Shown: positions 10,864-20,315, counted from the first letter of the stretch. The stretch is 64,000 nt of DNA from an uncultured Clostridia bacterium (GCA_944372095.1 CALVYG010000049.1:954-64953); one strand, 5' to 3'. Made by a program: numbers and translations. Notes: generated by a model not told the origin, from the sequence alone.

Positions 10864-10891
10864 TTGCAATATTGCTTAAATATGTTATAAT
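10864..10891 (+). promoter_or_regulatory. Putative sigma-A promoter of the helicase gene (TTGCAA, 16 nt, TGtTATAAT extended -10)
   Basis: TTGCAA at 10864-10869 and TATAAT at 10886-10891 preceded by TGT. It lies 43 nt upstream of ATG 10934, with a GGAGAG RBS between. Confidence 0.45.
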
Positions 10892-10933
10892 AGTACATAA
10901 TTAATCATACGTATCCGGAGAGTCAAGTATTTT

Positions 10934-13900
10934 ATGCAACGTATTTATAAAAAGTACAAAGACAGATTTATTGAAATCAGCGGAAAAAGCCGTGCCCTGT
11001 TTACACGGAGCATAATTAAAAAATACTCTTTTGACCTAGGTACATTAATGCCTTTTCTCGATTTAGACGCATTTTATGATTTTCTGTGGAAAAAGAAAGA
11101 GACATTTACTCTTCTGAATGAAAAAATTTCTAAAAAGATTTCTAAAAATTCAGAAAAAACAAGTGAGTCTGTTGAAAGCGCTATTTCTGTCACAAAAGCA
11201 ATTTCCGATTTGAAATATCTTAAACGCGAAGTAGAAGAAATTCAAAAAGAGACCGGAAAGTATGATTTATATATCGGATTCCCTTACGTTTTCGGTAAAA
11301 TAGGCAACGATATTATGGTAAAAGCACCATTACTCCTTTTCCCTGTATCGTTAGATATTGACAAAGATGTAGCCGTCTTGAAACATATTGAAAATCAACC
11401 TATAATTATTAACAGAAGCTTGGTTTTAGCTTTCTGCAACGAAAATAAAATAAAAACTGATAACATAATCAGCGAATTTGACCCTTTGAACGAAAGCACT
11501 TTTTCTTGCATTCAAGACGTTATTACCTATCTTGAAAAAAACGGAATAAAATTTGTGCACCAAAAGCGTAAAACCATATCGGTTTTCGACCCTGTTAAAG
11601 AGATAGTTCAAAATTTCCTTGAAATCAAATATATGGCGGTACTCGGAAGGTTCCCTCTCGCGAACCCTATATACAACGATTATGAAATACTTGAAAAAGA
11701 AAATTTGAGTACTCCGAGTATCGACCTGCTTCTACAAGGAAAAACAAAAAAAGAGAAAAAATTCAAAAACATTCCGGTAACTTACACGATAAACGATTTG
11801 GATTACGCACAAGAAAATGCCATCGATGAAATAAATCAAAAAAGTAATATCGTAATTTACGGCCCGCCCGGAACAGGAAAAAGCCAAACGATAGTAAACA
11901 TAATAAGCGACGCGCTATGTAAAAACAGACGTGTACTTGTCGTAAGTCAGAAAAGAGCCGCTTTGGACGTTGTATTCTCGCGTCTGGGAAAGCTTAATTC
12001 AAAAGCTATGTTTATCCCCGATGCGGAAAAAGACAAATTTTACTTCTTTGAAAGAATAAGGCAAATGCACGCACAGGTCATGAGAGAAGATTACCGTGCG
12101 GCACAAAAAAAATTTCAACATAACGAAATTAACATCAATCGTGAAGTAGGCACATTGGAAAATATAAGTAAAGTTCTTTTCTCACCTACCGAATTCGGTC
12201 TTTCTTTACAAGAAATGTACGCTCAAAGCTATAATATCGGCAAAGAATCAAAAGATTATAAACTCTATGAAGGGTTATTAAAAACTTCTGCCGCAAAACA
12301 TAATTATCCCGAATTATACGAAAATGTGCGTTACCTTAAAGACAAAGATGTCGCTAAACTCTATATAGAGCGCCAAAATGCCATAGCAGCAAATCCTATG
12401 ATAAGTCATATTAAAACCGATATCGACGTGCATAAACTTAAAGAAGTTTATACTTTTGTTTCCAAATTAAGCAGTTCGGATTTACCGCCTTTTGATTTTT
12501 CACGCTATCCTCACAGTCGTTATCTCGCCACGTTCTATCTCGAAAAAACGGCAAACAAGCGTCCGGATATGACAGAAATAGCGAATATAATAATGCAGGT
12601 TGAAAAGAAAAATCTTTGCGCTTGGGTTAAAGCAAGCTATTTCCCCGTTCTGTGGTGGCTTTTCCCTTTCGTAAAATATCACCATTACAAAGTGCGTGAA
12701 AATATTATTATAGACCTCAATATTGCGCTAAAAGCTCTAAAAATTTTCGAGGAGCCGTTTACACTTCTGCAACAGGTACTTGACGAGGAAGGTTACGCTT
12801 TGGTCATGGGCGGAATTATCAACGGAAATTCCGTATTCGTAAAAGGTCTTCTCGCAGCTCTTGAAAATTATGTCGCCATCCGGGATATGAATAAAGCCAT
12901 AAACGAATTAACCCCCGAAATGCGTGATATACTCATATTTTCTTATAATAATTCAGATAAAACCTACAAAAACACAGTAGAAATTCTTGATAAAGTAATA
13001 CCGTTACGAATCTATCACGAAATTGTAAAAAATGACTTTTACATTGACAACGTGCTATCAAAAACAGTGAGCTTTGACAGTATGCGTGAAAGAATTCTTC
13101 GCTTAAAATCCGACCAGCGTGAGCTGACAAAAAGCCTGGCTTTGGATAGATTCAGTATTGATTACCTTGAATATTTTGAGTCAAGCGAAAATTCAAAAGA
13201 TTATCTTTACCAAATACAAAAACAACGCGCGTTATGGCCGATTCGCAGAATGATAGAATTTTTCTCCGAATATTTATTCCGCCTATTCCCTTGCTGGCTG
13301 CTGTCCCCTCAGACGGTAAGCACTATTTTCCCTCTCGAAAAAAATATGTTTGACCTTGTTGTTTTCGACGAAGCAAGTCAGATGTTCGTCGAAAACGCTT
13401 TGCCTACTATTTACCGCGGAAATCATATAGTCGTTGCCGGAGACAATAAACAACTTCGTCCTTCAAGCGGATTCGTTCGCAGATATCAGGCAGATGACAG
13501 CTTCGACTATAATGTAGATTTACCTACGCAAGCGGCTTTGGAAGTAGAATCGCTTCTCGACCTTGCCAGTGCGAAATTTACTCCCGTCCACCTCGTTTAC
13601 CACTACCGTAGCATGTACTCGGAACTTATTGATTTCAGTAATATGGCATTTTACGATAACAAACTTCAAATCGCGCCTAATATTACATTTTCTAACGATT
13701 ATAAACCGATAGAAAGAATTAAAGTCCGCGGTTTGTGGCAAAACCGCCACAATCATGAAGAAGCCGTTGCCGTTGTAAAACTTATCAGAAATATCTTCCG
13801 TGAACGCAAATTCAACGAAAGCATAGGTATTGTTACTTTTAATAATGAACAAAAAGAATATATCGAAGATATGCTTGACGCCGAAGCAGATAAAGTTGCA

Positions 13901-14656
13901 ATATTCCGTAAACAATTATACATGGAACAAAACCGTATAGAAAACGGTGAAAACTATTCGCTTTTCGTTAAAAATCTTGAAAACGTTCAAGGCGACGAAC
14001 GTGATATAATTATATTCAGCATAGGTTACGCGAAAAACGATTTTGACAGGGTTGTAGCGCAATTCGGTTCTCTCTCCATGGACGGCGGAGAAAATCGTCT
14101 TAACGTCGCAATTACGCGAGCAAAAAAGAAAATTTACGTTGTTACAAGTATTGAACCTGAGGAACTGGATAACGTCGAAACAACTAAAAATAACGGTCCG
14201 AAATTATTAAAAAAATATCTGCTTTATGCACGGGCGGTGAGCAACGGCAATTCCGATGAAATTAAAGCGGTGCTGTCAACATTTAATGCAGGGAAAAAAG
14301 TTTCCTCCCCTATCGGCGCGTATGAAGAAAAAATTAAACAGGGATTGGAATCCATGGGGTATACCGTGTACACCAATCTCGGCAACACAAGTTATAAATT
14401 ATCTCTCGGTGTTTATGACAAAGACCTTAACCGCTTTGTTCTGGGTATAGAATGCGACTACCAGGCATACGGAAGCAGCGACAGCGTACTGGAAAGGGAT
14501 GTATACAGGTTAAAATTCCTCGAAAGCCGAGGTTGGAAAATTGTACGCGTATGGTCAAGAGACTGGTGGCAATCTCCGAAACAAGTTCTGCAAAACTTAT
14601 CTTCCGTAATAGAAGCGGAAAAAGAACGTATTGCCGCAGAACGTGCGGCAATGTAA
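10934..14656 (+). CDS. Superfamily-1 (Upf1/DNA2-like, AAA_11/AAA_12) helicase with a DUF4011-like N-terminal region and a C-terminal PD-(D/E)xK (DUF559/Vsr-like) nuclease-fold domain
   Basis: 1240-aa ORF. Helicase motifs are Walker A IYGPPGTGKSQT, motif II VVFDEASQM, motif III VVAGDNKQLRPS, YHYRS, VQGDERDIIIFS and RLNVAITRAKKKIYVV. The C-terminus is GIECDYQAYGSS...ERDVYRLKFLESRGWKIVRVWSRDWW. Confidence 0.8.
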   Translation: MQRIYKKYKDRFIEISGKSRALFTRSIIKKYSFDLGTLMPFLDLDAFYDFLWKKKETFTLLNEKISKKISKNSEKTSESVESAISVTKAISDLKYLKREVEEIQKETGKYDLYIGFPYVFGKIGNDIMVKAPLLLFPVSLDIDKDVAVLKHIENQPIIINRSLVLAFCNENKIKTDNIISEFDPLNESTFSCIQDVITYLEKNGIKFVHQKRKTISVFDPVKEIVQNFLEIKYMAVLGRFPLANPIYNDYEILEKENLSTPSIDLLLQGKTKKEKKFKNIPVTYTINDLDYAQENAIDEINQKSNIVIYGPPGTGKSQTIVNIISDALCKNRRVLVVSQKRAALDVVFSRLGKLNSKAMFIPDAEKDKFYFFERIRQMHAQVMREDYRAAQKKFQHNEININREVGTLENISKVLFSPTEFGLSLQEMYAQSYNIGKESKDYKLYEGLLKTSAAKHNYPELYENVRYLKDKDVAKLYIERQNAIAANPMISHIKTDIDVHKLKEVYTFVSKLSSSDLPPFDFSRYPHSRYLATFYLEKTANKRPDMTEIANIIMQVEKKNLCAWVKASYFPVLWWLFPFVKYHHYKVRENIIIDLNIALKALKIFEEPFTLLQQVLDEEGYALVMGGIINGNSVFVKGLLAALENYVAIRDMNKAINELTPEMRDILIFSYNNSDKTYKNTVEILDKVIPLRIYHEIVKNDFYIDNVLSKTVSFDSMRERILRLKSDQRELTKSLALDRFSIDYLEYFESSENSKDYLYQIQKQRALWPIRRMIEFFSEYLFRLFPCWLLSPQTVSTIFPLEKNMFDLVVFDEASQMFVENALPTIYRGNHIVVAGDNKQLRPSSGFVRRYQADDSFDYNVDLPTQAALEVESLLDLASAKFTPVHLVYHYRSMYSELIDFSNMAFYDNKLQIAPNITFSNDYKPIERIKVRGLWQNRHNHEEAVAVVKLIRNIFRERKFNESIGIVTFNNEQKEYIEDMLDAEADKVAIFRKQLYMEQNRIENGENYSLFVKNLENVQGDERDIIIFSIGYAKNDFDRVVAQFGSLSMDGGENRLNVAITRAKKKIYVVTSIEPEELDNVETTKNNGPKLLKKYLLYARAVSNGNSDEIKAVLSTFNAGKKVSSPIGAYEEKIKQGLESMGYTVYTNLGNTSYKLSLGVYDKDLNRFVLGIECDYQAYGSSDSVLERDVYRLKFLESRGWKIVRVWSRDWWQSPKQVLQNLSSVIEAEKERIAAERAAM

Positions 14657-14666
14657 ATATTATAAT

Positions 14667-14694
14667 GGCGCAAATTTTATTTATAATTTGCGCC
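14667..14694. terminator. Bidirectional intrinsic terminator between the convergent helicase and ddl genes
   Basis: Perfect hairpin GGCGCAAATT-ttatttat-AATTTGCGCC, followed by a T-rich stretch on the plus strand and preceded by an A-rich stretch. Confidence 0.7.
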
Positions 14695-14718
14695 GTTTAT
14701 ATTTTAATTTATTTTTTA

Positions 14719-15807
14719 CTATTTCTTTACCCCTAATTCCAATTTCGATACGTTAAATCCAGCTAATACATCAGCGTTATATGAACTTATAAGCTTTTCT
14801 TTTTTCTCAAAAAATTTTATCGCCTCTTCAACAATGTCTTTAACGAGTTTTTTCATATCGGTTCCCTGACGCTTGAACATATAAAATGCAAGAGAACCCG
14901 GCACCGTATTTATCTCGTTAACATAAAGTTTCCCGTTTTCAGATAAAAGATAATCTATGCGTACCACGCCTTTGAGTTCCGCAATTTTATAAATTTCTGT
15001 TGTCATACGTTTTATTTTTTCCGTTAACTTATTATCAATTTGTGCAGGGATTTCCCTGGTAGCCTCATTAGACATATATTTTGCTTTAAAATCATAATAT
15101 TCACCCGGAATCCCGACCCGTTCTACATCACTCACAATAATTTTACCGTTACTTAAATACGCCGCACAATTAAGTTCCGTAAAATTAACAAGAGCTTTTT
15201 CAATAAGGATTTTATCGTCAAACTCGGCAGCAAACTTAAAACATTCAACAAGCTCTGCCATTGTTTTCGCCAACCCGATACCTACACTGCTCCCTTGTCT
15301 AGCCGGCTTAACGATAAGCGGATATCCGAGCTCTTCTGCCGAATTTAAATCCTCAAATTTACATACACGATAAGGAACAAAAGGAAATTTTTTCTTTTCA
15401 AGGAAAAATTTCGTAAAAATCTTATCCATAAACAGTGCACTTTGGAATATCCCTGCCGATGTATAAGGGATTCCCGCCATCTCGAATACCCCGCACAACG
15501 CCCCATTCTCTCCTCCTCCACCGTGATTGCAAATCAAAACGCAATCTAATTTAATTCTTTTATCTTTCATGCCCAAGCAATAAAGCGAACCTGCGGAAAA
15601 ACCGACTTCCTTAAATTCCTTTTTTGAAAAATTAACTATTTTATTAAATTTTACCGTTTTTTTACTGATGTAGAATTTTCCATTTTTTATATATATCGGC
15701 ACTATATTGAATATATCATTTATGCTATTAATTACAGAAAAAGCGGTTATAACAGATATATCGTGTTCGCAACTGTCTCCACCAAAAGTTAAACCAATTG
15801 TTTTCAT
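14719..15807 (-). CDS. ddl: D-alanine--D-alanine ligase
   Basis: 362-aa ORF. N-terminus is GLTFGGDSCEHDISVITA. ATP-grasp motifs are PLIVKPARQGSSVGI and VNEINTVPG. It is adjacent to the murF-like gene. Confidence 0.9.
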   Translation of the reverse strand: MKTIGLTFGGDSCEHDISVITAFSVINSINDIFNIVPIYIKNGKFYISKKTVKFNKIVNFSKKEFKEVGFSAGSLYCLGMKDKRIKLDCVLICNHGGGGENGALCGVFEMAGIPYTSAGIFQSALFMDKIFTKFFLEKKKFPFVPYRVCKFEDLNSAEELGYPLIVKPARQGSSVGIGLAKTMAELVECFKFAAEFDDKILIEKALVNFTELNCAAYLSNGKIIVSDVERVGIPGEYYDFKAKYMSNEATREIPAQIDNKLTEKIKRMTTEIYKIAELKGVVRIDYLLSENGKLYVNEINTVPGSLAFYMFKRQGTDMKKLVKDIVEEAIKFFEKKEKLISSYNADVLAGFNVSKLELGVKK

Positions 15808-15815
15808 ATTTTCTC

Positions 15816-17351
15816 CTAATAAATGTCCGGAATATCATTTTGTAACAGTAATGTATCGCCTTTTTTTACGGTACAACTTATAATCTTTTGTACTTCTTTA
15901 AAGTTTTTAGCGCGAATTATCCTTCCCGCATAATTCTTGTTTTTAAGCCCCAATAGTATAAATTTAGAATTGGGTCCGCACAAAATTACAATATCCGAAA
16001 CTTCCGACAATTCTTCACCGATTGCCTCGTTAATCCTCGAAGAAATACTTCCCAGTTCTACTATGCCTTGCGATACGACAATATGTCTTCCGGGAAAAAG
16101 TTTCAGCATCTCTAACGAACTTTTTACTCCGTAAGTATTTGCATTATATGCGTCGTCAAGTATATGTACACCGTTTGCATATATATATTCCAATCTATGC
16201 TCAATCGGTTGTAATAATTCAATTCTTTTTACAATTTCATCCGGGCTGCACCCGAGCTCTCTCGCCATTGCCGCACACATGACAATATTTTGTATGTTAT
16301 GCCTACCAAGCAATTTTGTTTTGCATAAATACTTATCATTTCCGAAATTCAGAATAAACGCACTACCGTTATACATTAGTTCTATTTCCGATGCGTATAC
16401 GTCGCCTTTTTTGTAACTTCCGGCGGAAATTTTTTTTCCGCGGTGTTCTCTCCACATCTTAAAAACATTTTTATCGTTTATGTTGAAAACGCATGTTCCT
16501 CCCCGTTGCGCTACGCTTAATGCGAGTTTCACCTTTTCCTTATAAATGTTTTCTGCTGTTCCGAATGATTCCAAATGCTGTTCGCATACTCCTGTCAAAA
16601 TTCCGTAATCAGGCGGAAAGAGATTACATAGTTCATCTATATCTCCAACTTTCCTTGCCCCGAATTCTGCTATAAAAATTTGCTCACTGCCCGTGAGCTT
16701 TTCCACGCTTAAAGCTACCCCTAACGGTGTATTAAAATTTTTTTCGGTGGTTGTAACACAAAATTTCTCGAAAAGTAAAAATTCCAGTATTTTTTTGCAG
16801 CTTGTTTTTCCATAACTTCCCGTGATTCCTATAACAATTGGTTTTAACTGCTCTAATCTGTTTTTTTGCGAATATATAAATTTATTATTTTTTTTATGGT
16901 AATAACAATTTAACGGTATTTCTATTACCTTTATTATTAAGGGTATAGACATTATAACAGGGTATAAACTCAAAACCATTATTATAGTATTTTTGACTAA
17001 TAATATAATAAAAATTACTATTAAAAAATATGTAAATTCACAAATAATTATATATTTTTTTCCTCTATTTGTTAACTTAAACTTAGTTCTGTATAAAATA
17101 TTTTTTACCAATAAAATTACTAATGCTAAATAACTTACTGAAATTGCTGCATAGATAAATTCGTAATTAACCGTTGCCGAAAAAACTGTAAGCACAAAAC
17201 TTAAAATCAACCCGAATGAAAAAGGAATATAGAAACTTAAAACAGCTCTGCCGCACGGCAAACGATACGAATTATTTTGACTCAGGCATAGGAATCTTAA
17301 TTGTGCGATTGCTCCCGAAAAAATTATTGCTGCCGCCGTTCCCCAAAACAT
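15816..17351 (-). CDS. murF: MurF-like Mur ligase (UDP-MurNAc-tripeptide--D-Ala-D-Ala ligase family) with an N-terminal polytopic membrane region
   Basis: 511-aa ORF. GITGSYGKTSCKK P-loop, LDDAYNANTYGVKSSLEML and QGIVELG match MurF central and C-terminal domains. The first ~150 aa are 4-5 hydrophobic helices. The ATG at 17351 overlaps the upstream gene by 80 nt, so the true start may be further downstream (e.g. TTG near 17261). Confidence 0.7.
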   Translation of the reverse strand: MFWGTAAAIIFSGAIAQLRFLCLSQNNSYRLPCGRAVLSFYIPFSFGLILSFVLTVFSATVNYEFIYAAISVSYLALVILLVKNILYRTKFKLTNRGKKYIIICEFTYFLIVIFIILLVKNTIIMVLSLYPVIMSIPLIIKVIEIPLNCYYHKKNNKFIYSQKNRLEQLKPIVIGITGSYGKTSCKKILEFLLFEKFCVTTTEKNFNTPLGVALSVEKLTGSEQIFIAEFGARKVGDIDELCNLFPPDYGILTGVCEQHLESFGTAENIYKEKVKLALSVAQRGGTCVFNINDKNVFKMWREHRGKKISAGSYKKGDVYASEIELMYNGSAFILNFGNDKYLCKTKLLGRHNIQNIVMCAAMARELGCSPDEIVKRIELLQPIEHRLEYIYANGVHILDDAYNANTYGVKSSLEMLKLFPGRHIVVSQGIVELGSISSRINEAIGEELSEVSDIVILCGPNSKFILLGLKNKNYAGRIIRAKNFKEVQKIISCTVKKGDTLLLQNDIPDIY

Positions 17352-18051
17352 TACTATCCTCCGACAAAAAAATTTTCACAATCTTACAAAACAATGCATG
17401 TCTTTCTATGTAAGCAAAATGTCCGCACCCACAAAAGATTATCAACTCGCTGTTTCGTATTTTTTTATGCAACTTCCTTGCCATATATATGGGAGTATCG
17501 CAATCTTTGTTACCCCAAATTATTAAAGTCGGAAGAGTTATTCTTGACAAATTTACGGATAAGTCTTCATTTACAATATTTTTAAAGGTTTCGCGCATCG
17601 CTCCGTTCAGTTTTTTATAATCGTCACTGCCACTATCGTGCGGAATTTTTAATTTGTTATATAATTTATGCTTAAAAACTTTATAGTAATATTTAACACT
17701 TCTTCTAGGCTTTAATCCGGCACTATCGACTAAAATAAGTTTATTCAAAAGATAACCGTATTTAGAAGCAATTTTTATACCGACTCTGCCGCCGAAAGAA
17801 TGACAAATAAGTGTAACATTATCCATTTTATAATGTCTTATTAATTTAACTATGCTTAAAGCGTAGTCATCTATGGTAAGAGGAGTCTGCGGATGAGGAG
17901 TCTGCCCGAACCCGTAAAAATCCACAAGAGTAACCCTGTAACTGTTCCATAGATTTTTTGCTAGGCCAAGAAAACTGTCGCAGTTGCCGCCCCAGCCATG
18001 AAGACATATTACGTCTTCGCCCTGTCCGTATTGAATATGGTGTATTAAAAT
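17272..18051 (-). CDS. Alpha/beta-fold hydrolase; probable non-canonical start
   Basis: The ORF track starts at GTG 17925. The frame stays open upstream to a TAA at 18054-18052 and encodes IHHIQYGQGEDVICLHGWGGNCDSF (HG oxyanion motif). The nucleophile elbow is CHSFGGRVG, and GCGHFAY occurs near the C-terminus. AGGAGGG RBS lies at 18062-18056. Confidence 0.7.
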   Translation of the reverse strand: MLIHHIQYGQGEDVICLHGWGGNCDSFLGLAKNLWNSYRVTLVDFYGFGQTPHPQTPLTIDDYALSIVKLIRHYKMDNVTLICHSFGGRVGIKIASKYGYLLNKLILVDSAGLKPRRSVKYYYKVFKHKLYNKLKIPHDSGSDDYKKLNGAMRETFKNIVNEDLSVNLSRITLPTLIIWGNKDCDTPIYMARKLHKKIRNSELIIFCGCGHFAYIERHALFCKIVKIFLSEDSNVLGNGGSNNFFGSNRTIKIPMPESK

Positions 18052-18061
18052 TTATCCCTCC

Positions 18062-18499
18062 TTACATATACAACCAGTAAATACAGGCGTCTTCTTTGTC
18101 GGGATAATATTTCTTTCTTATGCCGACAAACTGAAAACCTGCTCTTTCGTATAGTAAGCGGGCAATAAAATTGCTGACTCTGACTTCAAGTGTAAAGGCA
18201 GATACTCCTGCTTTTTTTCCGTTATTAAGTAAATCTTTTAAAATATATGTTCCTATTCCTTTGTTTCTGTAATCCGGGTCAACGGCTATATTCATTATAT
18301 GTCCTTCGTCCAAAACTTGTGCGTATCCGCCGAATCCGACAACTGATTTACCGCTGTAACAAACAGCATAATATTTATTTTTGTCATATATTTCTTCGCG
18401 CAGAAGATTTTCGCTCCATCTTTCCGCGCCAAAGCATTTTTTTTCGATAGCGGCTACTTCGACTACATTATATTCATTTAGCGGTAATATTTTTAACAT
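18062..18499 (-). CDS. rimI: Ribosomal-protein-alanine N-acetyltransferase (GNAT)
   Basis: 145-aa ORF. The acetyl-CoA motif is NIAVDPDYRNKGIGTYIL. Its position directly after tsaB matches the usual tsaE-tsaB-rimI clusters. Confidence 0.75.
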   Translation of the reverse strand: MLKILPLNEYNVVEVAAIEKKCFGAERWSENLLREEIYDKNKYYAVCYSGKSVVGFGGYAQVLDEGHIMNIAVDPDYRNKGIGTYILKDLLNNGKKAGVSAFTLEVRVSNFIARLLYERAGFQFVGIRKKYYPDKEDACIYWLYM

Positions 18500-18503
18500 T
18501 ATT

Positions 18504-19058
18504 TCAATTTCTTTCTGCCGAAGATTTTTTCATATAAAAAGGCTTTGCTTGTTCCACAAATTGTTTATCGAAAATTTTTGTAAGCACTCTTGCCAAAAAC
18601 TTCTCAGGGCTGCTTTCGGTTAAATAGACTTTCTTAAAACTTAGTTTGTCTATATCGGATTGATTTGCACAAAAATATTCTGTAACATTTCCAAATCGTG
18701 CCGCATAAAAATTATTGTGCCCGCATGGCAGCAATACAATTTTTTCTTCCCCGTTATCTTCCGTTTCCAACGATGTAATTTCTACAATTTTTTTCTGATT
18801 TGCATATGCAAAAGCATTCACAACCGATACGCCGATTCTGATTCCCGTAAAAGAACCGGGTCCAGAACATACTCCGAAATAATCTATGTCAGTTATTTCT
18901 ATTTTTGCTTTTTTTAATAAATTGTCAATTGCATAAATTATTTCTGAATTATGCTTTTTACAACCGCTTTCACCTTTATAAAATAAATTTATTCCGTCAA
19001 AGTGAAGTCCTAATATAATTTTATCGGTAGACGTATCAACAGCTAAAACTTTCATCAA
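18504..19058 (-). CDS. tsaB: tRNA t6A37 threonylcarbamoyl-transfer protein TsaB (short form)
   Basis: 184-aa ORF with MKVLAVDTSTD and GPGSFTGIRIGVS motifs. The stop is TGA, 4 nt before the rimI ATG. Confidence 0.8.
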   Translation of the reverse strand: MMKVLAVDTSTDKIILGLHFDGINLFYKGESGCKKHNSEIIYAIDNLLKKAKIEITDIDYFGVCSGPGSFTGIRIGVSVVNAFAYANQKKIVEITSLETEDNGEEKIVLLPCGHNNFYAARFGNVTEYFCANQSDIDKLSFKKVYLTESSPEKFLARVLTKIFDKQFVEQAKPFYMKKSSAERN

Positions 19059-19464
19059 GTCCCTCCGCTATGAGTTTCCTGTCTGTATCGTTTATATAAT
19101 AAAAGTTTATTATAATGATTTTTTCCGAAGAAAATTTAAATTTATTCCATTCAATAACACACACACCGCCGCAATTAAAATATTCATCAAAACCGAGCTC
19201 TTCGATATCGTCAATATTTTCCACTCTATACAAATCAAAATGATATAAATCAAGCCTTTCGCCTTTATACGATTTCATTAAAGTGAATGTCGGACTTGTT
19301 ACGTCTGTCGTAATACCTAATGCTTTTGCAAATCCTTTTGTAAAAGTCGTTTTTCCGCTACCGAGGTCCCCATTCAAAATTATAATCTCATTACCCTTAC
19401 ATTTGTCGGCAATCGATTCTGCAAAAAGCATTGTGTCTGATACTGAATGTGATATAAATTGCAT
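19036..19464 (-). CDS. tsaE: tRNA t6A37 ATPase TsaE
   Basis: P-loop GDLGSGKTTFTKG plus TSPTFTLM and HFDLYR motifs. I place the start at Met80 of the 221-aa track ORF (MQFISHS). The longer version overlaps ribU and has no homology signal. The stop is TGA, overlapping the tsaB start. Confidence 0.8.
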   Translation of the reverse strand: MQFISHSVSDTMLFAESIADKCKGNEIIILNGDLGSGKTTFTKGFAKALGITTDVTSPTFTLMKSYKGERLDLYHFDLYRVENIDDIEELGFDEYFNCGGVCVIEWNKFKFSSEKIIIINFYYINDTDRKLIAEGLDESFSC

Positions 19465-19471
19465 ATAACTA

Positions 19472-20296
19472 TTATAATTCTTCCCGTTCGTTTTTGCAAT
19501 CTGTTTTAACGTCATCCGGACCCAAAAGATTTTTGCATTCAATTTCCCTTTCATCGTTATGCATATCTTTTTGTCCTGATTGAATTTTATCGGAGCATTT
19601 TGAATGAAATTTAAATTCTGATTCTGATTTAATATCTTGATTTTCCGACTTTTTAGGTTTAATTTCCCAATGCAATATTTTTGACAATCTCTTATAAACA
19701 AAAAAAGTTATAAGGCTGACTAATCCAAGCCTTAACAGATTAAAAGGTAATACGCCTACAAATATGTAAAAGTTATAGAAATTGTCCTTTGTAAGATTAG
19801 GATACAACCCTGAGAGCATTCCTACTAACGCGTCAAAATTGTCTCCGAAAAAAAACTTCACGTAAAAAGGAACGGCAATTATTCTATTAAAAAGCATTGA
19901 CAGCAAAGTTGCACAAAGAGTTCCGACAATCAGTCCGATTATTGCTCCTTTCTTTGTTCTGTTTTTATTATATATTATACTGGCCGAAAGGACATAAACA
20001 AGTCCCAAAATCAAATCCATAGTTTCACCCACAAAGGCCGTTGAAGAAAACGGAAATTTGATTAAGCATTTTATAACAATAACCAATGCTCCGGCAACCG
20101 GTCCGAGAGAAAAACCTGCAAGTAAAGCGGGTAATTCGGAAAACTGCATATCTAAAAAAGTCGGGAATGCTATCGGAATATTAAATTTAGCATACATATA
20201 TAATACGAACGAAATTGCAGATAAAACGGCAATTTTAGCTATATATGCCGTTGTAACTTTTTCTTTAATTTTTTTTCCTAATTGGTTCAATTTCAT
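19472..20296 (-). CDS. ribU: Riboflavin transporter, ECF S-component RibU-like, with a charged ~70-aa C-terminal tail
   Basis: LDMQFSELPALLAGFSLGP and GVLPFNLLRLG resemble B. subtilis RibU/YpaA. The start is set at MKLNQLG (ATG 20296) with a GAGAGGA RBS. An FMN riboswitch lies directly upstream. Confidence 0.75.
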   Translation of the reverse strand: MKLNQLGKKIKEKVTTAYIAKIAVLSAISFVLYMYAKFNIPIAFPTFLDMQFSELPALLAGFSLGPVAGALVIVIKCLIKFPFSSTAFVGETMDLILGLVYVLSASIIYNKNRTKKGAIIGLIVGTLCATLLSMLFNRIIAVPFYVKFFFGDNFDALVGMLSGLYPNLTKDNFYNFYIFVGVLPFNLLRLGLVSLITFFVYKRLSKILHWEIKPKKSENQDIKSESEFKFHSKCSDKIQSGQKDMHNDEREIECKNLLGPDDVKTDCKNEREEL

Positions 20297-20315
20297 ATAA
20301 TATCCTCTCAAATTC

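Noticed and set aside
19465-19701. N-terminal 79-aa extension of the tsaE track ORF, and similarly 52211-52318 for proA and 20297-20356 for ribU
   Set aside because: The extensions overlap the 3' end of the upstream gene or the riboswitch hairpin. They have no family resemblance. Internal ATGs with good RBSs give normal-length proteins.
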